Positions 18,619-27,135 of a stretch of 41,787 bases of DNA are shown here, piece by piece. Source of the stretch: a virus (lineage: Duplodnaviria > Caudoviricetes). Below the pieces are notes generated by a model, which worked only from the letters and a program-made list of their open reading frames with translations, was not told the origin of the DNA and made no database searches. Location of the stretch: positions 1 to 41,787 of the IMG/VR virus record IMGVR_UViG_3300049436_000041. One strand, written 5' to 3'. A program made the translations under genes and the position numbers. The first letter of the stretch is position 1. Each line of letters begins with the position of its first letter.

Positions 18619-18873
18619 TTATAAATCCCACAGTTTTTTAAGGTTTAACTTGTTATCCTCACATCGGGCTATATCTTCTGGCCTGCAATCGCCTGCCAAA
18701 ATCATTTTTTCATGATCCTCATACAGTGCTAAAAGCTGCCGGGCCTGCTTCAAATATCCTGGCCATTCTCTGCCGGATATAGAAAGCACATGAATACCCA
18801 TGCACCCGGCGCTTAAATGATGCTGGCAGCACAGTGCGCGCGCCATCATTTCTTCAGTGTGTTTGACTATCAT
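18619..18873 (-). CDS. hypothetical protein
   Basis: 84-aa ORF with ATGA coupling to the upstream gene. Confidence 0.55.
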   Translation of the reverse strand: MIVKHTEEMMARALCCQHHLSAGCMGIHVLSISGREWPGYLKQARQLLALYEDHEKMILAGDCRPEDIARCEDNKLNLKKLWDL

Positions 18874-19289
18874 CGGGCCGCCTTATCCGGGTTAGGCCCG
18901 CAGAAATGTTCATAAATCTTATCGGCTAAAACATCGCTGGGCCTTTCCTCTGCGCGCCGCAGCGTTTCCGCCATCCAGTGGCTGCAGTGGGCTTCCTCAC
19001 AGGTTTGCGGATAATGGCATTCAGTTTGATGGCCATAGTTGCACAGCCAGCAGTTTAAGCTGCCAAATTCTGCAGTGGTGCCGCTTATTATCGGGCATTC
19101 CCCTGCGGCCATCACATCCAGGCCCGCTGGGTATTCATGCGCGTGCAAGGCGGCATCAATCAGTACAGGAAAATCATTGCAAAAAACATCGGCATCAGGC
19201 TTGCAAATGGCGCAGGCACTTATATGGCTTTCAATTGCCTTTGATGCCGCCAGGTGCGCTTCCTTTGCCTTTTCCCATATATTCATCAT
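18870..19289 (-). CDS. Cys/His-rich hypothetical protein
   Basis: 139 aa, GGAAGGGGG RBS, CxxC motifs. Confidence 0.6.
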   Translation of the reverse strand: MMNIWEKAKEAHLAASKAIESHISACAICKPDADVFCNDFPVLIDAALHAHEYPAGLDVMAAGECPIISGTTAEFGSLNCWLCNYGHQTECHYPQTCEEAHCSHWMAETLRRAEERPSDVLADKIYEHFCGPNPDKAAR

Positions 19290-19298
19290 TCCCCCTTC

Positions 19299-19649
19299 CT
19301 AAAATGGGCAATCATCCTGGGCAGCTGCTGCCAGGCTAGGATTTAATCGCCGGTTATTCATTTCCACCATGTTGCACTTTCTACAAAGCAGATTCACTTC
19401 CGGGCCTTCACCCTGCTGCCAGGCTTCCCACTCTGCCCGATAGCGCCGGATGCGCGCCAGGCTGCCTGGCTGCACCAGGTCGTACTCCCTCCAGCCATCC
19501 ACATGATTTATTTCTAGCCTTTCATCCGTGCCACACTCTGCGCAGGTGCCACCCATTGCGGCCACCAGGGCATCATGTTCTTTCTGGTATTTTTCCCGCT
19601 TCCAGCGTGTGCGGTATATCCTCGAAGCTTCAGCACTTTTGAATGGCAT
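19299..19649 (-). CDS. HNH-like zinc-binding endonuclease
   Basis: MGGTCAECG...LEINHVDG...NLLCRKCN pattern. Confidence 0.65.
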   Translation of the reverse strand: MPFKSAEASRIYRTRWKREKYQKEHDALVAAMGGTCAECGTDERLEINHVDGWREYDLVQPGSLARIRRYRAEWEAWQQGEGPEVNLLCRKCNMVEMNNRRLNPSLAAAAQDDCPF

Positions 19650-19658
19650 AAAAACCCC

Positions 19659-20180
19659 TTACATAAAGCGCACCAGGTCTGCTTCCTGGCATTCCTTTTG
19701 ATAAAGCGGGTGCGCGGGCTCATTTTGTGAAGTAATGCAAAAAGCAAAAACTGGCTTTCCGATCTGCTGCAGGATCTGGCGCACCTGGCTGCTGCGCTGC
19801 AAATAACTGCCGTGGTTTCCCCAGGCAGCGATAATCAGCCCGGTTTCCTGGCTGCTGGCGCAGTCTATGATGGCCTTATCATTTTCAGGCCCCACTGGAT
19901 CTGCCACAGCTTTTAAGCCCCTTGGATCTGTGCTGCGCAAAGCAAAAATATTCCGCACTTCTATTGCTCCATATCCCCAGGTGCGCGCCAGGCGCATGCA
20001 TTTCGACACGGTATTATCATCTTTTCTCATATCGGCCACGCTGGGGTTAAGCATTAGGAAAAGCACGCAATTTTTTTTCATGCTGTTAAATAGTCCGGGC
20101 TCGTCTGTCCAATCGCGCCGCAGTGTGTATCTGTATATCGATTTTTCGGCACCAGGGCCAAATCCTGCGCTGTATTTCAT
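19659..20180 (-). CDS. DUF1643 family protein
   Basis: YRYTLRRDW, FLMLNPSVAD..DDNT, NIFALRSTDP, IIAAWG and PAHPLY motifs. Confidence 0.88.
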   Translation of the reverse strand: MKYSAGFGPGAEKSIYRYTLRRDWTDEPGLFNSMKKNCVLFLMLNPSVADMRKDDNTVSKCMRLARTWGYGAIEVRNIFALRSTDPRGLKAVADPVGPENDKAIIDCASSQETGLIIAAWGNHGSYLQRSSQVRQILQQIGKPVFAFCITSQNEPAHPLYQKECQEADLVRFM

Positions 20181-20250
20181 CTTAGCATCCTGTCAAAACC
20201 ACAATATATAGGGGTAAAAAATCGGCCGGCATTCAAAATTTCCACTATAT

Positions 20251-20433
20251 CTAGTGGTTTCCCTTAAATTTCCTTATAGCATTCCGGCTAATTATTTCTT
20301 TCTGGCCGTTCTCAAATTCCACCAGGGCAGAATTGCGCCCGGCGCGCACCAGCACGCGCATGCGCCGCCCATATAGCTGCGCGCGCTTTTCGTTATTTTT
20401 CCAGCTGAAAAAATACGGGTATTCATTTTCCAT
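20251..20433 (-). CDS. small SH3-like hypothetical protein
   Basis: 60 aa, beta-rich (GRRMRVLVRAGRNSALVEFENG), tightly packed after the upstream gene. Confidence 0.6.
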   Translation of the reverse strand: MENEYPYFFSWKNNEKRAQLYGRRMRVLVRAGRNSALVEFENGQKEIISRNAIRKFKGNH

Positions 20434-20439
20434 GGCTGC

Positions 20440-21090
20440 CTACTTTGTGAAGCGGTTAAAAAACTGCCTGAAATATTCTGAAAATTTGGTGGCCATCATT
20501 TTCTGCGCGGTTTCTTCCATCTGCAGGCTTGTCGGTATGCGTTTCAATGTGCTGGCAGGCATGATGGCATATAGGATGCGCGAAAGGCCACGCTTTGCCA
20601 GTCGCTGAAATACTCCCACCCCTGAGATTAAATAGGTGCCTGCACGGCCTTTCCATTGCGGGCTGCCGGTTTTAGTTGCCTTGCGCCTGAAGCGCATTTT
20701 TGTGAATGTGAATTGCTCAGGTATAACTGATTTTTCAGTGGGCCTGGCTCCGGTGCCCGTCAATGGCACAGCCACCCTTTTGCCCTTCATAGGTTCCCTA
20801 ATGCCGCCCTTTTCAAACTTTGAAAGCAGCAGGCGCGGCTTATTATCCACGCCAATTTCAGCAAATGGCCTGCCTTGCTTCGCATTGCTAAATTTAAAAA
20901 TTTTGATTGCCCGATACATGAAGCCAGCCCGGCGCAATGAAAATATCTGATCCATTCTGATGCGCTCTGCCTGCTGTATATCCTTTGCCGTTGCATTTAT
21001 GGCCTGGCTGGTGCTGATGGCCAGATTTTTCTGGCCCCTGGCCGTTTTATCTTTCAATTTTGAATTATCAATTTTCACATCAATCTGCAT
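20440..21090 (-). CDS. basic virion morphogenesis protein, lambda gpZ / minor tail-like
   Basis: 216 aa, very basic. AISTSQAINATAKDIQ N-terminal helix and GVFQR...ILY C-terminal pattern. Confidence 0.55.
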   Translation of the reverse strand: MQIDVKIDNSKLKDKTARGQKNLAISTSQAINATAKDIQQAERIRMDQIFSLRRAGFMYRAIKIFKFSNAKQGRPFAEIGVDNKPRLLLSKFEKGGIREPMKGKRVAVPLTGTGARPTEKSVIPEQFTFTKMRFRRKATKTGSPQWKGRAGTYLISGVGVFQRLAKRGLSRILYAIMPASTLKRIPTSLQMEETAQKMMATKFSEYFRQFFNRFTK

Positions 21091-21147
21091 ATCGTCACCC
21101 CTTCAGCACCCGGCGCAGATCCGCGCGCGCCGGGTGCCTGCATTGCG

Positions 21148-21660
21148 TTAATGAATGGCCAGGTATTTATCAGCGTTCACCACTTGGCGGCCTGCATCCT
21201 TTGCGCGCTTAATGGCCTGATTCACTGATATATGAAATAGGCTTTTGAATTCCCTGGGTGTTATCTGCTGAATATATTTGCAGGTCTGGCACATCTTGCC
21301 GGGCTGGCCATTTTCAAGCAGCGTGCCCTGCAGCGTGTGCCCTGATTTATTGCATTTATCAATCAGCCTTTTTCTGCGCGCAGTGTTTAAACGCTTCCAC
21401 CAGTTCTGCCGCTGTAGCACCTTAACCTTATCCAGGTGCACCCAAATATCTTTACGATTAACCCAGGCGGCCCGCAGCTGCAGCCAAACCCAGCACACTG
21501 GCCAGCTGAAAAATAGCCCACTTAACCACACCCAGGCCAGGAATGATGCCAGCGCCCATTTCCCCTTGCTTTTTGATGCAGGCGGCTTTCCGCCTATGCT
21601 TATAAAAATCATTGCTGCCGTTTCCGTGTGTCTATCCTTTGCCCTTTTGAAAAATTTCAT
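21148..21660 (-). CDS. hypothetical membrane-associated protein with Cys/His motif
   Basis: Trp-rich hydrophobic helix, plus C..GH...CQTC. Confidence 0.55.
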   Translation of the reverse strand: MKFFKRAKDRHTETAAMIFISIGGKPPASKSKGKWALASFLAWVWLSGLFFSWPVCWVWLQLRAAWVNRKDIWVHLDKVKVLQRQNWWKRLNTARRKRLIDKCNKSGHTLQGTLLENGQPGKMCQTCKYIQQITPREFKSLFHISVNQAIKRAKDAGRQVVNADKYLAIH

Positions 21661-21677
21661 CCGTTTATCCTCCAGTT

Positions 21678-22694
21678 TTAAGCTGCTGCTGAATCGGGTA
21701 TTGCATCATATAGCTGGCCTTCCAGAAGGCGGCCTGCTTTCTTTTTTCCCACCATAACCATGGGCACTGCATTAGGGCCTGCCGCTTCCTGGCAGCAATG
21801 CACATGCCCGTTGCAATCAATAAACAAAGGCGGCTTTCTAGCCTTTCCATTATGCGTGCTGATTTCTTCGCCGGGCAGTGCGGGCCGCCATTCACCCCAC
21901 TGTTTGAAATGAAAAGGCACCCCATTAAGCCTGGCTTGCGTTTCCAGAAAGCGCACCCAGTTGGGATTAGTTGGCATTGCATCCGGGCCGCTCTCGCCGC
22001 CTGCAATTATCCAATCAATACCAGGGCCGCAAAGGGCATCATGGTGATGATGCAATTCTGCTGGGCATTCTGGCGTGCCTATTCCATGGTGCATTCCGGC
22101 GCATCCACGCTGGCCGCCTAACCATTGCGTGCCACCTATCCCGCTTATCAATCCAATGCTGCCTAAAAGTGGCTCACATGAAATAAAATGCCGCCAGGCT
22201 GCAATCCTCAAAAGCCATGGGATTCTTTCCACGGCCCGGCGCTGGTTTTCCACAGTGGTGCCTATCCAAATATTTTTTGGCACTTCCTCCAATGATGGCC
22301 AGGGCCACAGTGATGCCGCCCTTTCAATCCTCTTAGTCAATAGCAGCCAGTCAATATTAGGGGTTTTCTGTATCAGTTCAAAAAGCCTGGCGCGCTGCGC
22401 ATCAATCAGTGCGTGGTTTTCAAAAATATCGCAAAGGCTGGAAGCAAAAACGCGCATCCGCCTGCCTTCCTTTTCCAGCTTCCGCTGCCATGATAGCGGC
22501 TTTTTCCAATATCCGTCAGAAAGCATATACCTGAATTTTTCAGGCCCCCATGCGCCCTTGAATCTGCGCCCGTATTTTGGGTTTTCCATATCCCTTTCTG
22601 CATAACAATGCGCGCAGGCTTCGCTTATTTTTTCGCAGCCTATCGCAATATTAAAAGTGCCATCAGCCCATGAAATTCCAGTAGTTTCACCCAT
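21678..22694 (-). CDS. phage Gp37/Gp68 family (DUF5131) radical-SAM-like protein
   Basis: TGISWADGTFN..GCEKISEACAHCYAE, WLLLTKR, FISCEPLLG, WIIAGGESG and FHFKQWGEW motifs. Confidence 0.9.
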   Translation of the reverse strand: MGETTGISWADGTFNIAIGCEKISEACAHCYAERDMENPKYGRRFKGAWGPEKFRYMLSDGYWKKPLSWQRKLEKEGRRMRVFASSLCDIFENHALIDAQRARLFELIQKTPNIDWLLLTKRIERAASLWPWPSLEEVPKNIWIGTTVENQRRAVERIPWLLRIAAWRHFISCEPLLGSIGLISGIGGTQWLGGQRGCAGMHHGIGTPECPAELHHHHDALCGPGIDWIIAGGESGPDAMPTNPNWVRFLETQARLNGVPFHFKQWGEWRPALPGEEISTHNGKARKPPLFIDCNGHVHCCQEAAGPNAVPMVMVGKKKAGRLLEGQLYDAIPDSAAA

Positions 22695-23055
22695 TGCTGC
22701 CCCTTTCTTCTATATATCCGCACCTATCCATTTTTTCTATTTCCGCAATTATCAGTGCCGCTGCTATTACCAAATCGCGCCGGGCACCTTTGGGTTTCCA
22801 GTATTCAATACTGAAGGCCCAGCCAGGATAAGGCCTATCAGTTTTCACTGGCGTGCCGGTCTGCAGCGCGCTGCCTGCGTTAAGCGCATAAGCTCCACCA
22901 CTGCATGCTAAATCGCCGGTTTCATGGCAATCATCGTCATGGGCAGCAGTCCATCCTTCCTGGTGGATCTGGCGCGCCCTTTCCTGGCGCACATCCTCCA
23001 GCGCCAGGCTATTATGCTGATATATTTTGCTGGTTATTTCCTTCTGATTGTTCAT
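22687..23055 (-). CDS. conserved phage protein, all-alpha NTP-PPase-like
   Basis: ERARQIHQEGWTAAHDD...WKPKGARRDLVIAAALIIAEIEKMDR. Likely start MNNQ at 23055 with an AAGGA RBS. Confidence 0.65.
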   Translation of the reverse strand: MNNQKEITSKIYQHNSLALEDVRQERARQIHQEGWTAAHDDDCHETGDLACSGGAYALNAGSALQTGTPVKTDRPYPGWAFSIEYWKPKGARRDLVIAAALIIAEIEKMDRCGYIEERGSNG

Positions 23056-23197
23056 TCTGCTTTCCTTCCCCTTCCGGGCCAGGCGCGCCGCCATGGCAGC
23101 TGCACTGGCATTTTTGGTTTTGCTCTGTTGAGCAATTGCGGCCCAGGCAGCTTTCATGGTCTGCACTTAGGCATTCAATAGTAAGCCACTTTGCCAT
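23012..23197 (-). CDS. small Cys-rich hypothetical protein
   Basis: ATG at 23197 with a TAAGGA RBS. Fills the gap after the dnaC-like gene and carries a CQCSCH motif. Confidence 0.4.
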   Translation of the reverse strand: MAKWLTIECLSADHESCLGRNCSTEQNQKCQCSCHGGAPGPEGEGKQNEQSEGNNQQNISA

Positions 23198-23207
23198 TTC
23201 AAAATCC

Positions 23208-23939
23208 TTAATGCCGGAATGATTCCCAGGTGAATTGCACAAACATGCCGCCGCCTTCCTTCAGCCTGTCGAATGCCCGCGCGCCCAGATAATTCTGCAA
23301 ATCAATTCGGCTAACATTGGTTAAAATAATGCTGGGTTTCACATCCAGATATCTAGTATCTAGCACCTTGAAAAGCTCCACAGTTTCACTTTCAGTGCCA
23401 TATTGCACGCCCACTTCATCCAGCACCAGCAAATCCACTTCAGTGAATGCCTGCAGGATCTGCTTTTCAGTTGTTTTTGAATCGCGCCGCCAGGTGGCCC
23501 TGATGGCTTCTATTAATTCAAAGGCCCTGGTATACCTGCAGGTATACCCTGCAGATATAACCTGCTTAACAATGCCCAGGGCCAAATGGGTTTTTCCTGT
23601 GCCAGGCGTGCCAGTGAAAACCATGCAGGTGCCATTTTCTCTGCAGCTTTTGAAATTGCTGCAGTAATTCCGGGCAGCGCGCATGGCTTCCTTTTGCCCT
23701 TCGTTCACTGCCTTGTAAGTTTCCAGGCCCTTTGAATAAAACCTGGTAGGCATGCAGGCGCGTTCCATTGCCTTTGTGAATGCTTCCTGGCGATCCCTGG
23801 CAGCCCTGGCTGCAATACATGCCGGGCAATCAGTCCATTCATTCCAATCATTCACGCGCCTGGCTATGAAGCTGCCATGCTCCGGGCAATTGTCCTGCTT
23901 TGTTTCTGGGTCTGCTTCCACAATTTTTAATTGATTCAT
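23208..23939 (-). CDS. DnaC/IstB-like AAA+ helicase loader
   Basis: Walker A GTPGTGKT, Walker B LLVLDE, ILTN, and N-terminal CPEHG...CPAC. Confidence 0.92.
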   Translation of the reverse strand: MNQLKIVEADPETKQDNCPEHGSFIARRVNDWNEWTDCPACIAARAARDRQEAFTKAMERACMPTRFYSKGLETYKAVNEGQKEAMRAARNYCSNFKSCRENGTCMVFTGTPGTGKTHLALGIVKQVISAGYTCRYTRAFELIEAIRATWRRDSKTTEKQILQAFTEVDLLVLDEVGVQYGTESETVELFKVLDTRYLDVKPSIILTNVSRIDLQNYLGARAFDRLKEGGGMFVQFTWESFRH

Positions 23940-24550
23940 AATCTCATTATTCCATCAGTGCCCCTTCTGGCACCGTCCGAAAAATCGCCACCTATTCCTA
24001 TTTTATTGCCCCTTTTTTTATGGCCACCAGCAGCAGGCCGGAATGCCTGGCGCGTTTGTGCGCGCCCTTCTCTGTTGTAGTCTCTGGTAGTCTCTTGTGT
24101 AGTCTCTGATATATGTTTGCCGGTTTCCGGCAGGCTTGTCTGCCGGTTTTCGGCAAGCTTGTCTGCCGCTTTTCGGCAATCCAGTTTGCCGCTTTTCGGC
24201 AATCCAGTTTGCCGCTTTTCGGCATACTGGGAAATGCAAACTGCCAGCGCTTCAAAATCCACACGATAATGCACAGTACATGGCACACCCATGGCTTTTT
24301 CCTGCCAGAATCCAAGTGCTTTAAGCTTCCGGCGCGCGCCATCCTGTTCATGCCTTGAAAGGCATATTTCCTGCTGCCATTCCTTCATGGTTTTATAAAA
24401 CCATCCATCAGGAAGCTTTGCGCGTTCACTCCAGTACACTGCCTGTGAAAGCATAAGGCCTGCAGTTGCACTTTCACAGATCCTGGCAAGTATCGGCTGG
24501 AATGCTACGGGCCTTTCCAGCATGGCCCTAACCACATCATTTAAAGGCAT
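23936..24550 (-). CDS. replication initiator (lambda O-like, N-terminal wHTH)
   Basis: RPVAFQPILARI...LMLSQAVYW...WFYKTMKEWQQE motif. Contains iterons and lies upstream of the DnaC-like gene. Likely ATG at 24550. Confidence 0.85.
   Translation of the reverse strand: MPLNDVVRAMLERPVAFQPILARICESATAGLMLSQAVYWSERAKLPDGWFYKTMKEWQQEICLSRHEQDGARRKLKALGFWQEKAMGVPCTVHYRVDFEALAVCISQYAEKRQTGLPKSGKLDCRKAADKLAENRQTSLPETGKHISETTQETTRDYNREGRAQTRQAFRPAAGGHKKRGNKIGIGGDFSDGARRGTDGIMRL
24115..24229. repeat. replication origin iterons, five 23-bp tandem repeats
   Basis: GTYTGCCG-N5-CGGCA units start at 24115, 24138, 24161, 24184 and 24207, inside the initiator gene. Confidence 0.85.
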
Positions 24551-24909
24551 ATTTCTTTGCGCTCCCACCCGCGTTTTGATAACTGGTACATGATAAAGCG
24601 GAATGCCGGGTACATCCTGGCCGCCGCAGTCAGTTTCACATATGCATCTTCAGCAATGTGCCCGCCCTTTATTTCATGGATTTCTAGGCCATCGGTGCGG
24701 GTAACAAAAAAATCTGGCGTGTACCACATTTGCCTGCCCCGTGGCGTGAAACCTATAAAAAGCTTAATGGCTTCAAAGTCATATCTGATAATGCCTGAAT
24801 CTGGCGTGCGCACCTGCGCTTCCAGCCAGGTAGCGTGCTGCATTTCGGTTTTATTCATCCGGCGCGCTGGCATGTGGCCCAGCTGCCTGAAGCTTTTAGG
24901 AAAGTTCAC
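24541..24909 (-). CDS. PD-(D/E)XK nuclease, DUF1064-like (possible resolvase)
   Basis: YTPDFFV...IHEIKG motif. Confidence 0.75.
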   Translation of the reverse strand: MNFPKSFRQLGHMPARRMNKTEMQHATWLEAQVRTPDSGIIRYDFEAIKLFIGFTPRGRQMWYTPDFFVTRTDGLEIHEIKGGHIAEDAYVKLTAAARMYPAFRFIMYQLSKRGWERKEICL

Positions 24910-25529
24910 TTTTTTGCCTTTGCCTTTCTGCCCTTCAGGGATTGCGCCAGGGCTGCCGCTCTGCTTTCACCAGGCGCAGGCCTGCGCGGGCCGCCTGCAG
25001 GATCTGCTGCGCCGGTTTCCGGGCCTTCATCCGGCAGGGTGCGCGCCACGGTTTCCATGCATTCCTGCACCAGGTCTGCAGGAAGAAGGCGCAGGCCCAG
25101 CTGCCTTATAACAGTGGATGCCAGCACGGCTTCCCGGCTGGCCATATCATCTTCAGTGGCTTCCACTAAAAACATTTCACCCGTTGGCGTGTTTTTCGTG
25201 CCCTTTATTTTTTCGCGCGCGCCTGCCGTTTTGCGCTCTGCGATTTTTTCCACCATTATTTCCTTTGAATATTCCAGGCCGTTTTCCAGATCTAAGACAA
25301 TAACGCAAACAATCCTGGCCTCTGGTGTATCGCGCACCAGCTTGTTATTAACTTGCACGTTTCCCCACCTGGCCAGGGCTGCTTCCACAAACTTAACGCT
25401 GGCCCGCGTCACCACGTCACCGCTGCCATCATCCATGGGTTTTGAATACCTGGCCAGGCGCGCAAATGCTGGCCGCTTGCAATCTTCTATAAGTTTCGCG
25501 CGTGCTTTCTTTTCGTCGCGTTCTTTCAC
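24906..25529 (-). CDS. conserved phage protein, putative recombination partner of YqaJ
   Basis: CKRPAFARLARYSKP...SVKFVEAALARWGN...LDLENG pattern. Function is inferred only from proximity to yqaJ. Confidence 0.45.
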   Translation of the reverse strand: MKERDEKKARAKLIEDCKRPAFARLARYSKPMDDGSGDVVTRASVKFVEAALARWGNVQVNNKLVRDTPEARIVCVIVLDLENGLEYSKEIMVEKIAERKTAGAREKIKGTKNTPTGEMFLVEATEDDMASREAVLASTVIRQLGLRLLPADLVQECMETVARTLPDEGPETGAADPAGGPRRPAPGESRAAALAQSLKGRKAKAKK

Positions 25530-25960
25530 ATTTCCCCCTTTTCTATTTCTATCTGGATGCAGGCCGCCAGGTAATCATTAGGGAAGCACTCTGCCCAGGC
25601 CTGCTGCACTGGCGCTTCCAGTTCTTGAATAAAAGCCACAGAAAATTTTATGATAGTTCCTTTAATCCTATGCTGTTTGCCATAGCCCAGGCTCAAAGTA
25701 ACAAGGCGGCCCGGCATGCATGTTTTTTCATTCCATCGCGGCCCATAGCGCCGGTATTCAATCGTTTTAATTCCGGCGCAGAATGCATCATAAAATTTTC
25801 TACGCAAAGGAATGAACAATGGCCGCAATCTGGGCCGCCCGGTTTCATCCAGAATTATGTGCACCATTTTTGATGAATCCGGGCCGCATTCACAAAGCAC
25901 GCCACAGTGCCCGCACTTGCGGCAGCGTGGCCCGCAATCTATATCAGAATCACAGGGCAT
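25526..25960 (-). CDS. ASCH/PUA-like domain protein with N-terminal Cys cluster
   Basis: LFIPLRRKFYDAFCAGIKTIEYR matches the ASCH GxKxxExR motif. Confidence 0.75.
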   Translation of the reverse strand: MPCDSDIDCGPRCRKCGHCGVLCECGPDSSKMVHIILDETGRPRLRPLFIPLRRKFYDAFCAGIKTIEYRRYGPRWNEKTCMPGRLVTLSLGYGKQHRIKGTIIKFSVAFIQELEAPVQQAWAECFPNDYLAACIQIEIEKGEM

Positions 25961-25961
25961 T

Positions 25962-27017
25962 CTATTCCCCTTCCTTTATCCACTCGCGTTTCCAGAATGG
26001 CCGCACATACGGCTGGCCGCCTGGCTGTTCAATTGTGAATTTTTTAAGCTGTGCTGGTGTGGGCTTCAGTGCCTGCGCCAGCGCCTGCCAGTTGGTAACC
26101 TGGCGCACCCCTGGGCGCACCCAGGCCAGTGTGCCGAAAATTCCCTGGGCTTTATCCGCGCTCTGAAGTATGGCGGCCAGCCTATTGCGCACCAGCATTT
26201 CCGCTTCCTCTGCGCGCTGCCGGGCCAGCTGGGCCTGGCGATATTCCAAAGCAATTGCATTAATTGCCTTGGTGGCCTGCAATACTCTGCCGGTGCCGTT
26301 TGCATATTTTTTTGCAAGGTATGGCTGCCACCCGGCGCTGGCATCAATTTCTGGCGGCACCTTTTTCAATATGTGATTATTCCAGAATCTGGTGGCCACG
26401 TTTATGATTTCAGATTCCAGCGATTTATTGCGGGCAATGCGATATAGGGCCAGGTTTCCTGAAATTTTAGGGCCTGCACCTATAATGGCGGCCAGATCCC
26501 AGCTGCCATAATCTGATACAGCCATATAGTGTGCGCATTGGGTTAAGTAATGCAGGGGCACCTGATCCGTCCCTTGCTCACCCCATTCATCAGCACCCCA
26601 GATTCCACTTGTTTTAAGTTCCAGGCCTTTTTCAAGTCCGGGCAGCAGTCCATCCATGGTGGCCAGCAGGAAGCTGTGCTGCTTGTGCCGCACAATTACC
26701 TGGGCATCACTGCCGGTGCCGAAAATTTGCACTCGATTTTTTGGAAAGGCCCGCGCTATTTCCACGCCGCGCAGCAGCGCCTTTGCCTGCAGCCCTTCGA
26801 TTTCGCAATAAAGCCTAGCCATGCCCGTTTCCAGATAGTTGCCCCACCACATGGCCTGCGTTTGTTTTTTAGGATCTGCGGCCCCTATTTTTTCCAGGTA
26901 TACATCCAGGGCAGTGCGCCATGGATTAATGCCCAGCAGCGCCGCAATATCCGTGCCTGTCATTCCTTTGCGCCGGGCCTGCAGCCACTTTTGCCTATCA
27001 TGTTCACTTAGCATCAT
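25962..27017 (-). CDS. YqaJ-like (lambda exonuclease family) recombination nuclease
   Basis: WLQARRKGMTGTDIAALLGINPW, LATMDG, LELKT and YLTQCAHYM motifs. Confidence 0.92.
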   Translation of the reverse strand: MMLSEHDRQKWLQARRKGMTGTDIAALLGINPWRTALDVYLEKIGAADPKKQTQAMWWGNYLETGMARLYCEIEGLQAKALLRGVEIARAFPKNRVQIFGTGSDAQVIVRHKQHSFLLATMDGLLPGLEKGLELKTSGIWGADEWGEQGTDQVPLHYLTQCAHYMAVSDYGSWDLAAIIGAGPKISGNLALYRIARNKSLESEIINVATRFWNNHILKKVPPEIDASAGWQPYLAKKYANGTGRVLQATKAINAIALEYRQAQLARQRAEEAEMLVRNRLAAILQSADKAQGIFGTLAWVRPGVRQVTNWQALAQALKPTPAQLKKFTIEQPGGQPYVRPFWKREWIKEGE

Positions 27018-27135
27018 TCAAACTCATAGCCAGGGCCGTTTAATTTGCGCGCGCCCGCAATAATCAAATAGCAAAACGCTGAAGCCAGAATATAAAGCCC
27101 TACAAAAATTGATAAATACATGGTGCACCCCTGGG

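Noticed and set aside
24115-24229. CRISPR-like array
   Set aside because: The repeats are directly tandem with no unique spacers and lie inside the replication initiator gene, so they are iterons.
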